A DNA stretch of 52,051 bases from Methanosarcina sp. UBA7 (lineage in GTDB: Archaea; Halobacteriota; Methanosarcinia; Methanosarcinales; Methanosarcinaceae): NCBI GenBank assembly GCA_002508465.1, contig DAQQ01000063.1, positions 1 through 52,051 on the forward strand. The letters run 5' to 3'. The notes below the pieces were generated by a model, which ran no database searches, was not told where the DNA came from, and was given only the letters and a program-made list of their open reading frames with translations. Shown piece by piece: positions 10,589-19,009 of the stretch (within the stretch, counting starts at the first letter, position 1; every line of letters starts with the position of its first letter). The translations under genes were made by a program, and so were the position numbers.

Positions 10589-10712
10589 TTAAGAGAAAAA
10601 ATAAAAATTGAAAAATAAAAGCGCTAAGAGAAAGAAATAAAAGATGAAAAAGGAAAGTGTTAAGAGAAAAAAATTTACAAAATAGAATTTTTTAAGATTT
10701 CACTGCTGGAAG

Positions 10713-11420
10713 TTACTGCCCTGAGCTAGAAATCATTTTATATCCCTCTCCAGAGGGCATAATTATTGCCAGGATAATATACAGGACAATACCAATTCCT
10801 TGCAAAGCAAGGGCTGCAAAAGCAAGCCTTATAAAGGTAGGGTCAATGCCAAAATACTCACCCAACCCTCCGCAGACTCCGAAGAGCATACGTTCTTTCT
10901 TGCTTTTAGTCAGGCGCTTTTTCATAGTGTAGGTAGTGCGCTTTTCTCCTCTAGCTTCTTCCTGGGCTTCCCTGGATTCGTCTTTGACCTTCTCTCTGGC
11001 TTCTCTAGCAAATTCCTCTTTTTTTTCTCCAGGTTCTATAATAACTCTCCCTTCCATATCTATAGGCTTTGTCCAGGATCTCTCAGTATAGCCGGTCTCA
11101 AGTTCTCCCGGAGCCTTGAACTCGCTTTTATCCGGGACTTTTCTCTCTTTGAATGTTGGACTTCCTACAGCTTCTTCCATATTTTCAGGTTTTTCCCAGG
11201 ATTCCTCTTTATAGCCAGTTTCAAGGTCTCCTTGAGGTTTGAATTCGCTCTTTTTCGATTCCTCTCTTTGCAGAGGTTCTCCACTTCCACTGGTCACTTC
11301 GGTTTTCCCCCCAAGTTTCGTACTTGTTCCCCTTTCAGATTCGGCTTTAGCTATCCCTGGAATTTCAAAAAAACTTTTCTTAGTTACCTTTTTTTCTTGA
11401 GATTCGGGATTTTCCTGCAT
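10713..11420 (-). CDS. PspC-domain protein with a long charged N-terminal extension
   Basis: C-terminal KRLTKSKKERMLFGVCGGLGEYFGIDPTFIRL...LYIILAIIMP PspC signature. Confidence 0.85.
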   Translation of the reverse strand: MQENPESQEKKVTKKSFFEIPGIAKAESERGTSTKLGGKTEVTSGSGEPLQREESKKSEFKPQGDLETGYKEESWEKPENMEEAVGSPTFKERKVPDKSEFKAPGELETGYTERSWTKPIDMEGRVIIEPGEKKEEFAREAREKVKDESREAQEEARGEKRTTYTMKKRLTKSKKERMLFGVCGGLGEYFGIDPTFIRLAFAALALQGIGIVLYIILAIIMPSGEGYKMISSSGQ

Positions 11421-11519
11421 AATGATTATTCTATTTTTGAGGATTTATAATATGCTGGTACCTTTTCTATTCTCTTGCTATTCTATTCTCTTTACTATTT
11501 TCATTATTCCTCTTAGATT

Positions 11520-12965
11520 TCAGTGGCATTCCGAGCAGCTGCATTCATTTTTACTGCGGAAAATTCCATATAACATCAAGGGGAGAAGGAAAAATGCAAA
11601 ACCTAACTTTAGATCTTCGGGAAGCAGCTCTTTTGCAGTCCCTACAGTTGCTACTGCATTAATCCCGAGTTTTAGATAAAACCAGTCCAACAGAAAACCT
11701 GCCCCAAGTGCACAGAGGGAAATTACCCCAAGATATAGAGCTGCCGAACGTTTACCAAGAAAACGGGCAACCATCGTTATAGTTGCTGCATTGGTTGCCG
11801 GGCCTGCAAGTAGAAAAACAAAAGCTGTACCCGGACTCATGCCCTTGGCTATGAGGCTTGCTGCAAGAGGAGTAGACGCTGTTGCGCAGATATAAAGCGG
11901 AATTCCCACTAAGAGCATGACCAGCATTGAATTAAAGCCGCCTCCCAGGTAATTCTGAATCAGATTTTCAGGAATTGCATAGGAAATTATTCCTGCAAAA
12001 AAGATTCCGATGAGCATCCATTTGGAAATCTCGGCTGGCAACTCGATATAAGCATACTTAACTCCTTTAATCAGCGTTGATTTTATCGACTCCTTATTTT
12101 TTCTATCTTCTCCGGGCTCCAGATTTATGCCTTCTTTTCCGGACTTTTTATGTTTCCCATCTTTTCCCAATTCTTTTTCTTCGTACCCGCATTCCTCACA
12201 GCCACAGGAAGAAACCTCTTTCCGGAAGTCCGGACTTACCATGGAAAGCCTCTGGATGTTTTCAGAGTTATTATTGATTTTCAGAAACTTTGGTCCTGAA
12301 GGCTTTACATCTATGGCCCTAGTCATAGTGCCTATGGACTCCGTTTTTTCGTTACCGGAATCTGATGGCTTATGGCAACTGCAAGAAGAAGAAGAAGAAG
12401 AAGAAGAAGAACTAGACGTTTTTTCCTGTAAAGGAGTACCAATAAAGGTTGAGACTGCAAGAACTCCTGCTTTTTTCCCGTAATTTTCCGGTTTTTTGAT
12501 ATTCATCTTTTCCGATTGTTCCCCGATCAAAAAATTATCTGCAAGCCCTGCAAGGACAGCAGTCACAAGGGCAGCAAGTGGACGGAAAACTGCCATCAGA
12601 GGATCCAGGAGAGCGTAACTAACCGCTATAGAGTCTACTCCTGTCTCAGGAGTTGAGATGAGGAAGGAAAGGGTTGCTCCCCTATTAGCTCCCCTTTTTC
12701 TGATTGACATAGCAGTAGGAACCACCCCACAGGAGCAGAGCGGTAAGGGAAGACCTGCAAGGGCTGCATTGACAACAGAGCGAACTTTTCCTGCCGACGT
12801 TCCAAGATAATCCACGATCTTCTGGTCAGGCACCAGGACATTGAGAAGACCTGCAATACCCAGGCCGAAAATCAGATAGGGAGCCGTTTCTACGAAAATA
12901 TTCCAGGATTCCAGGAGAACTCCTAAAAGAAAAACCAGAAAAGTGTTTAAAAATTCAAAGTTCAT
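11520..12965 (-). CDS. SO_0444/ArsP-family (DUF318) metal efflux permease
   Basis: PLCSCGVVP, FLISTPETGVDSI, PLYICATASTP and FLLAGPATN; ATG overlaps the regulator stop (ATGA). Confidence 0.88.
   Translation of the reverse strand: MNFEFLNTFLVFLLGVLLESWNIFVETAPYLIFGLGIAGLLNVLVPDQKIVDYLGTSAGKVRSVVNAALAGLPLPLCSCGVVPTAMSIRKRGANRGATLSFLISTPETGVDSIAVSYALLDPLMAVFRPLAALVTAVLAGLADNFLIGEQSEKMNIKKPENYGKKAGVLAVSTFIGTPLQEKTSSSSSSSSSSSCSCHKPSDSGNEKTESIGTMTRAIDVKPSGPKFLKINNNSENIQRLSMVSPDFRKEVSSCGCEECGYEEKELGKDGKHKKSGKEGINLEPGEDRKNKESIKSTLIKGVKYAYIELPAEISKWMLIGIFFAGIISYAIPENLIQNYLGGGFNSMLVMLLVGIPLYICATASTPLAASLIAKGMSPGTAFVFLLAGPATNAATITMVARFLGKRSAALYLGVISLCALGAGFLLDWFYLKLGINAVATVGTAKELLPEDLKLGFAFFLLPLMLYGIFRSKNECSCSECH
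12384..12410. repeat. (AGA)9 microsatellite encoding poly-Ser in the permease
   Basis: Perfect trinucleotide repeat read directly from the sequence. Confidence 0.95.
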
Positions 12966-13309
12966 GCTTTTTCCTCCACATGTTCGAGGCACATTTCAAT
13001 TAGTGTGCGGACGTGCTCGTCTGCAATATAATAAATTGTAAATTTTCCTTCCCTTCTGACCCGTACGAGGTCAAGCTGCCTGAGGGTTCGAAGCCCGTGC
13101 GATACTGCGGATTGAGTGACACTAAGTGCCTGTTCGAGTTCACAGACGCACATCTCCTTTTGCTTTAATAAGAAAAGGATCTTAAGACGAGTATCGGACT
13201 GGAGGGCCTGAAAAACTGCAGCCATCCGCGTGATACTTTCAGGGTCCGGAACTTTTTGTAACAATTTTTCTAGCTGTATTGAGTCAACTCGTTCACAGTT
13301 GTCATGCAT
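12962..13309 (-). CDS. ArsR/SmtB-family metalloregulator (Zn/Cd-type)
   Basis: EMCVCEL alpha3 motif, SAVSHGLRTLR HTH and alpha5 DxH-x10-H-x2-E site (DEHVRTLIEMCLEHVEE). Confidence 0.92.
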   Translation of the reverse strand: MHDNCERVDSIQLEKLLQKVPDPESITRMAAVFQALQSDTRLKILFLLKQKEMCVCELEQALSVTQSAVSHGLRTLRQLDLVRVRREGKFTIYYIADEHVRTLIEMCLEHVEEKA

Positions 13310-13310
13310 G

Positions 13311-13336
13311 AATATATGAACAGTTGTTCATATATT
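13311..13336. promoter_or_regulatory. SmtB/ArsR 12-2-12 operator overlapping the TATA box
   Basis: Perfect palindrome AATATATGAACA-GT-TGTTCATATATT immediately upstream of the regulator ATG. Confidence 0.88.
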
Positions 13337-13370
13337 AATATCTTTTTAGGAATTGAATCACCTAAGAAAG

Positions 13371-13472
13371 TTGTCAGAACCCTGGCGTTATGTTAAAACT
13401 CTAGAGTTTGTTAAAACCTTTAGATTTATCAAAACTGAGAATTTGTCAAAACTGAGAATTTGTCAAAACTTA
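13371..13472. repeat. 17-19 bp degenerate tandem repeats (gaatttgtcaaaact)
   Basis: About 6 recurring ttgtYaaaac units. Confidence 0.7.
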
Positions 13473-13537
13473 GGCTTCTTCGGGTATAAAAAAGCTGCTC
13501 GAGTGTTTATTTCATAAAAATCCTCTTGAGCACTCGT

Positions 13538-14311
13538 TCAGAGAATTAGAATAAAGAGAATAAAAAGTGCGAGCATAAAAAGGGCTCTCCAGTCGTTTTT
13601 CTGCATGGAAAGCTCGTGTATTGATGTCCTTCGGCTTCCCTGATAACCTCTGCCCTCCATTGCAAGGGCCAATTCTTCTGCATCCCGAATTATGCCTCTT
13701 AGCAAAGGAATTGCAAGGGCAGGAATTGACCGGAGAGGATTTTTTACGAAATCCATTCCTCTTGCAGTCTGAGCCGCTTTTGTCCGCTCTACCCTCTCGA
13801 ACAGAAGGGGAAAAAACGCTATAGAAATGTTCATCATTGTAGCAAGCTCAAAAGAGCTAATTCCCAGCCAGCGCAATGGCAAAGGCCTTACCATCCTTTC
13901 TACACCGCAGGTAATTGCAGACGGATCAGTGCTGGCTGTCAGGAGGGCTGCAAAAAGCAAAAGGAATATAAATCGGGCAGCAAGTTTGAGCCCTTTTTCC
14001 ACCCCTTCCAGACTTGGCTGCAGAATCCAGTAAGAAGCAAAGGGCCTTCCATCAGTAAAAAACATCTGCGTAAGAAAGATAAAAAATATAAACAGCATCA
14101 TAGGCCTTACTGCTCTGAGAAACACTTTTACTGGCAATCCTGAGAGTAAAGCGAGGACAAAGAAAAATGCGAAAAGAGCCACTATTCCTGCAAAATTATC
14201 AACCCTGAATGTCAGAATTCCGAGCAGCATCACGGCTGTAACTTTTGTCCTGGGGTCAAGCCTGTGGAGAACGGAAGCCCCGGGCACGTAACTGAAGACA
14301 GGTTCCTGCAT
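13538..14311 (-). CDS. ecfT: ECF transporter transmembrane T component
   Basis: LHRLDPRTK, AQTARG and AMEGRGY motifs. Confidence 0.92.
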   Translation of the reverse strand: MQEPVFSYVPGASVLHRLDPRTKVTAVMLLGILTFRVDNFAGIVALFAFFFVLALLSGLPVKVFLRAVRPMMLFIFFIFLTQMFFTDGRPFASYWILQPSLEGVEKGLKLAARFIFLLLFAALLTASTDPSAITCGVERMVRPLPLRWLGISSFELATMMNISIAFFPLLFERVERTKAAQTARGMDFVKNPLRSIPALAIPLLRGIIRDAEELALAMEGRGYQGSRRTSIHELSMQKNDWRALFMLALFILFILIL

Positions 14312-14365
14312 ATTTCCTTCGACTTTATTTATAAATTATCTTTTAGAGAGTTTTCGGAGCTTCCC

Positions 14366-14410
14366 GTTTTAGTTAATTCCCATTTTAGTTAATTCTCGTT
14401 TTAGTTAATT
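14366..14410. repeat. 16-bp tandem repeat x3 (ttttagttaatt core)
   Basis: gttttagttaattccc / attttagttaattctc / gttttagttaatt. Confidence 0.8.
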
Positions 14411-14412
14411 AC

Positions 14413-15252
14413 CTATTTATTCTCATTATTGTCTGTTCCAAGAATCGATTTTAATTTCGTAATCTCTTCAAGAGCGTCTTCAACCGTGAAGACTGTAAGG
14501 TTTACTGGCAGTCCTCTTGCTCCGAGTTCTTTCATCATAGAAGCTATAGGCGGAAGAGGCTCGAACCCTTTTTTGAGGTAGCTTTCCCGGCTCCCCTGAA
14601 AAGCTATTCTTCCTTCCTTTAGGAGAACTATTTTTTTCAGCAAGGGGAAGAATCCTTTAAGATTATGGGTTACAGTTATGACTGCAGTACCCTTTTCGTT
14701 TATTCTGTAAAGTGTCTTAAGAATGTCCTTTTTCCCAATCGGGTCAAGTCCTGTTATGGGTTCATCGAGTACCAGATAATCTGGCCTGAGGGCAAGAGCA
14801 CTTGCAAGAGCAACTCTTTGCATTTCTCCTCCACTCAGACTGAAAGGGTCTCGAGAAAGCTCGGTCTGGTCAAGAGAAACAGCTTCAATTGCCTCATATA
14901 CCCTTTGCTCGGTTTCTTTTTTTGAGTACCCAAAATTCAGGGGCCCAAAAGCTATTTCCTCGTACACAGTCTTACAAAAGAGTTGATCAGCAGCTTGTTG
15001 GAAAACCATCCCTATCCTGCGTTTTGCTTCTCTTGAAGAAGGATCAAGACCATCCACACGAACGATTCCGGTTTCCGGCTTAAAAATTCCGTTGAAAAGT
15101 TTTGTTAGGGTAGATTTCCCTGCGCCTTTTTCCCCCAGTATTCCTACAAACTCTCCTTTTTCTATCCGCAGGTTAATTTCTCTCAAAGCGGAGGTTTCTA
15201 GAGGAGTCTTTTTGGAGTAGGAAAAGCTTACTTTTTCAAGAATAATTGGCAT
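14413..15252 (-). CDS. ecfA2: ECF transporter ATPase (A' component)
   Basis: GEKGAGKS, LSGGE and VLDEP motifs. Confidence 0.9.
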   Translation of the reverse strand: MPIILEKVSFSYSKKTPLETSALREINLRIEKGEFVGILGEKGAGKSTLTKLFNGIFKPETGIVRVDGLDPSSREAKRRIGMVFQQAADQLFCKTVYEEIAFGPLNFGYSKKETEQRVYEAIEAVSLDQTELSRDPFSLSGGEMQRVALASALALRPDYLVLDEPITGLDPIGKKDILKTLYRINEKGTAVITVTHNLKGFFPLLKKIVLLKEGRIAFQGSRESYLKKGFEPLPPIASMMKELGARGLPVNLTVFTVEDALEEITKLKSILGTDNNENK

Positions 15253-16052
15253 ATTTCCTCTGCAAAGCTCTGGGGGGAAGCGGTTTTTTCCCAGGGAATT
15301 ATTACTCCATGTGTTTTCAGGGTCTCTGCTAGCTCTATCAGGGAAGGCAGGTCAAACCCAAGGGTCTGTAGGGAAATATCGGAAAAAATACTTTCCGGCT
15401 CGCCTTCAAGCATTATGTTCCCTTTTTCCATGACAATAATTCTGTCTGCGTCATGAAGTTCTTCGAGATTGTGAGTGATATATACAATTGTTTTTCCTTT
15501 CCTGTGCAACTTTTTTATAATTTCCAGGACAGAAATTCCGGATTCGGGATCAAGCATGGAAGTTACCTCATCAAAGAGAAGACATTCAGGCCTCATTGCA
15601 AGAACCCCCGCAAGGGCTACACACTGTCCCTGTCCTCCACTCAAAGTTTTCGGAGAACGATGCCTGTACTTCTCAAGACCGACTTCGGCAAGCGCCATGT
15701 CAACACACTTTCTGATTTCCATGGGGGAAAAGCAAAGATTTTCTGGGCCAAAAGCCAGATCTTCTTCGACTGTCCGACCTACAAATTGAGTTTCAGGATT
15801 CTGGAACACGATACCTACGAACTTTCGGATTTCTGGAAGTTTTGAGGGATCATGAGTGTCCATTCCCCTTATCATTACTCTTCCGGCCTGTGGTTTAAGG
15901 AGCCCACTTAGTTGAAGGGCAAGCGTGGATTTTCCACTGCCATTTTTTCCGATTACCCCAATGAATTCCCCTTTTTTTATAACCAGATTTAAATTTTTAA
16001 GTGCAGGGGTACCATCAGGATAACTGTAACTCACTTTTTCAAGCCTGATCAT
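15228..16052 (-). CDS. ecfA1: ECF transporter ATPase (A component)
   Basis: GKNGSGKS, FQNPETQF, LSGGQ and FDEVTSMLDP. Confidence 0.9.
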   Translation of the reverse strand: MIRLEKVSYSYPDGTPALKNLNLVIKKGEFIGVIGKNGSGKSTLALQLSGLLKPQAGRVMIRGMDTHDPSKLPEIRKFVGIVFQNPETQFVGRTVEEDLAFGPENLCFSPMEIRKCVDMALAEVGLEKYRHRSPKTLSGGQGQCVALAGVLAMRPECLLFDEVTSMLDPESGISVLEIIKKLHRKGKTIVYITHNLEELHDADRIIVMEKGNIMLEGEPESIFSDISLQTLGFDLPSLIELAETLKTHGVIIPWEKTASPQSFAEEICQLFLKK

Positions 16053-16180
16053 GTTTACTCTGAATTTTAAGTTTCATTTCAAATTCTTTATAAATTTCTC
16101 GGTAATTTGAGTTTCATTTATATTTTCTGCTTACCTAGAAAAAAATTAAAAGAAAATAGCTTTAGAGCTTGAAAGTAGCT

Positions 16181-16744
16181 TTAGAGCTTGTAAGTTGAAG
16201 CAATATATGCGGCAACTCCAGTTTTTACAATTTCTCCAGGCAGAAAAGGAACGACGCCAAGAGCAAGGGCTGTTCCAGGCCCGATTTCAGACACAAACAT
16301 TAATTGAGTAAATCCGCAGGTATAGATAACCAGGACTCCTGCGCTCATATTAATGACATTAATCAAGAGGCTGGACTTGCCAGCGTTTTCAGCCTTTTCG
16401 GAGAGTTTTCCCACAGTATAAGCCGCCAGAATGAAACCGATTATGTACCCGCCTGTTGGCCCAAAAAGTACGCCCATTCCGGAACTACCTCCTGCAAATA
16501 CAGGAAGTCCTGCAATACCAAGCAGGGTATATACTATTATACTCAAGCCCCCCCATTTGCTTTTCAGCATGCTTCCGGCAAGCAGGACAAAGAAAACCTG
16601 CAGTGTAACAGGAAGTGGAGAGAAAGGTATAGGAATCTGTATGTAAGCTCCTACTGCGGTCAGGGCTGCAAAAAGAGATGCGAAAACCATCATTCTTAGT
16701 TCAGGAGTCCGGTTGGAATAGAGCTCGTTGTTTTTTATATGCAC
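16181..16744 (-). CDS. bioY: Biotin ECF substrate-binding component BioY
   Basis: PVTLQ, GLPVFAGG, GPTGGYIIGF and GVVPFLPGE; GTG start at 16744 follows a GAGGA RBS. Confidence 0.92.
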   Translation of the reverse strand: MHIKNNELYSNRTPELRMMVFASLFAALTAVGAYIQIPIPFSPLPVTLQVFFVLLAGSMLKSKWGGLSIIVYTLLGIAGLPVFAGGSSGMGVLFGPTGGYIIGFILAAYTVGKLSEKAENAGKSSLLINVINMSAGVLVIYTCGFTQLMFVSEIGPGTALALGVVPFLPGEIVKTGVAAYIASTYKL

Positions 16745-16981
16745 ATATTTTCCTCTTATCAATTATACTAGGTTTTTCTAATTTTTTTCACCTTTTCAAG
16801 CCTGTCAAAACTTTTTATGGTCCTAGATTGGCAGGCAATATAATCCGGTGCAAAGAAAGGATATAACAGGTATAAAGACTGGAACCGCAGTAAACTTACT
16901 ATCTTTATAATAATAACTTCATAAAGGTTAATTTCAACCCTGGAAGATATATTTCAATTGAAAATCTTGAAAATGTAAAGT

Positions 16982-17015
16982 ATTGTTAACCTTTGAGAGA
17001 TTAATGGTTTACATT
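16982..17015. promoter_or_regulatory. BirA operator upstream of the bioY-ecf operon
   Basis: atTGTTAAC-N16-GTTTACAtt matches the BirA consensus wwTGTtAAC-N15/16-GTTaACAww. Confidence 0.8.
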
Positions 17016-17177
17016 TGATTTAAAACTTTCCTGAAAAATCCTGGTTCTTGTTTCCGGGTTTACATTTCTCAGCTATGGAGCGATAATTTGATATATATCT
17101 TATACCGGTATTATGGAACACCTGAAATGCAAATTCAGTAGATAGTTGTAAGATTACATTTTGGGGAAGCTTTTCAT

Positions 17178-17252
17178 GGGCGCGTGGCCTAGCCAGGATA
17201 TGGCGGCAGCCTCCTAAGCTGTAAATCGGGGGTTCAAATCCCTTCGCGCCCG
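17178..17252 (+). tRNA. tRNA-Arg (anticodon CCU)
   Basis: GGGCGCG/CGCGCCC acceptor stem, GCAGC-ctCCTaa-GCTGT anticodon arm, GTTCAAATC T-loop. Confidence 0.97.
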
Positions 17253-17268
17253 CTAATTTCCTTTAATA

Positions 17269-17338
17269 TGTCTTTTTCGTAACGAGTATTTACTTAGCTG
17301 TCTTTTTCATAACCAGTATTTACTTAATCTGTCCTTTT
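17269..17338. repeat. ~30-bp tandem repeat x2.3 with T-tracts (probable tRNA terminator region)
   Basis: tgtctttttcgtaacgagtatttacttagc / tgtctttttcataaccagtatttacttaatc. Confidence 0.7.
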
Positions 17339-17615
17339 GTAATTCTATTTGTTAAACTCGTCTTCTTCGGTTTTTTCAAGAAACGAAAGTCTATTTTTGA
17401 ACTACATAGCTTTCAACTCTAAGGCTTTCTGAATATTCTGCCTGCTTAGAAGAACCGAATTTTTCTGAGTAACTGGGTACTCTTGTAAACAATGGAAAAT
17501 TTCTTATCTAGAAAGTAAGTATTGCATAGAAGTACACAATAAGGTTTTATTATTATGACCCAATGGATTCTGTTTTATTAGAAAAGAAAATGCTAAAACC
17601 CAGAGGAAACACGAA

Positions 17616-18071
17616 TTGATCAGAAAAGCCAGAGTAAATGACGTAGTTGTAATGAAACAAATCATCAATACTTATTCGAAGGAAGAGCTGATGCTCGCCC
17701 GTTCTCTGAGTGAGATGTACGAGAACATCAGGGATTATTATGTCTGTGAGATTGATGGAGAAGTTGTAGGCTGTTGTGCCCTACATGTAGTGTGGGAAGA
17801 CCTTGCAGAGATACTTGCCCTTGCCGTGAGCCCGGTATGTGCAAGAAAAGGAATAGGTACAAAGCTTGTTTCTGCCTGTCTTGAGGATGCTAAAAACCTT
17901 GGTATGAAAGAAATTTTTGCCCTTACTTACGTACCTGGCTTTTTCGAGACTCTGGACTTTAAGGTTGTGGACAAAAACAGCCTTCCTAGAAAGATCTGGT
18001 CCGGCTGCTTGAGATGCCCTAAGTTTCCGGATTGTAATGAAATTGCTGTTATGAAGTCGGTTAATCCCTGA
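17616..18071 (+). CDS. GNAT N-acetyltransferase, short ArgA-like (amino-acid N-acetyltransferase)
   Basis: MLARSLSEMYENIRDY, LAEILALAV, GIGTKLV and KIWSGCLRCPKFPDCNE; TTG start after GAGGA. Confidence 0.85.
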   Translation: MIRKARVNDVVVMKQIINTYSKEELMLARSLSEMYENIRDYYVCEIDGEVVGCCALHVVWEDLAEILALAVSPVCARKGIGTKLVSACLEDAKNLGMKEIFALTYVPGFFETLDFKVVDKNSLPRKIWSGCLRCPKFPDCNEIAVMKSVNP

Positions 18072-18241
18072 ACTGCTTATGAAATCCTTCTTCAGGATCT
18101 TTCTTTTCTATTTTTTGAATATAAAACTTGAAACTCGAAACTTGAAATTCGAAATTTGAAATACAGGATTTAAATTTGCAAGATTTAAAATAAATACAAA
18201 TAGCCAAAGATCAAAAATTATTTATCCAGGCGGTTACATTT

Positions 18242-18255
18242 TTAGGCTATCCTAA
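18242..18255. promoter_or_regulatory. DtxR-family operator
   Basis: TTAGG-CTAT-CCTAA palindrome about 18 nt downstream of a TATA-like ttatttat and upstream of the DtxR-feoB operon. Confidence 0.7.
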
Positions 18256-18296
18256 TACTGGATCTTGAATCTGGCATACGCTGGCGGGATGACGTA

Positions 18297-18962
18297 ATGC
18301 ATATAGATCGATTTGAAGAATATCTTGAAACTATTCTCTATCTCATTAGAAAAAATCAGAGCCCTGCAAAGACAAAACAGATCTCTGAAGAACTCAACGT
18401 ATCTCCGCCGAGCGTGACGGAAATGATAAAAAAGTTACATTCTTCAGGGCTTGTAGAGTATACACCTTATCAGGGAGTTGAATTGACAAAGAAAGGAACT
18501 GATCAAGCTATCAAGATCAAAAGAAAACACCAGGTACTTGAAACCTTCCTGGTTGATGTCCTTGATTTTGATAGGAAGGAAGCCCATAAAGAAGCTTGTG
18601 AACTTGAGCATGCAGTCTCGGATGCCGTACTTGAAAAGATCTACGAATTTCTGGGATGCCCCGAATATTGCCCTGACGGGAATCCTATCAATATTGATAA
18701 AAATAATATAAGGCAAGAGGAAAGTTTTATCCCGCTTGATGAAATGGAAGAAGGTAGTTCAGGCAAAGTTGCCAGAGTGACCCTTCCAAGAGAGACAAAA
18801 GAGCGTTTGACTTCCCTTGGTATTCTTACAGGAGAAGATATCGAGATTAGGAGAAAGCAGAAACAGGGCTGTATCTCGGTTATAGTGGTAGGATCAGAAA
18901 TAGCTCTCGGAAGGGACATTGCAAAGAAGATATTCATAGCTCCAAAAAGCAAAAACGTGTAA
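18297..18962 (+). CDS. DtxR/MntR-family metal-dependent repressor with C-terminal FeoA domain
   Basis: EEYLETI, SPPSVTEMIKKL, EACELEH and CPDGNPI; SH3-like FeoA tail. Confidence 0.92.
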   Translation: MHIDRFEEYLETILYLIRKNQSPAKTKQISEELNVSPPSVTEMIKKLHSSGLVEYTPYQGVELTKKGTDQAIKIKRKHQVLETFLVDVLDFDRKEAHKEACELEHAVSDAVLEKIYEFLGCPEYCPDGNPINIDKNNIRQEESFIPLDEMEEGSSGKVARVTLPRETKERLTSLGILTGEDIEIRRKQKQGCISVIVVGSEIALGRDIAKKIFIAPKSKNV

Positions 18963-19009
18963 AAGTACGAGAAGGCATACAACTGGAACGAAGTAAAATA
19001 ACCAGAGAT

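Noticed and set aside
10800..11450. Long antisense ORFs (also 24132-24746, 25134-25733, 43760-44494, 48356-48976 and others)
   Set aside because: They are shadow frames opposite well-supported genes, Ser/Phe-rich and without motifs
14401..14415. Pyrrolysine (UAG) read-through at TAG-ending genes (ecfA2, and paralogues ending at 49687 and 50565)
   Set aside because: Another stop follows within 1-3 codons, so there is no meaningful extension
9607..17252. Integrated element with attL/attR at tRNA-Arg
   Set aside because: Both copies are complete tRNAs with different anticodons, and no integrase is present
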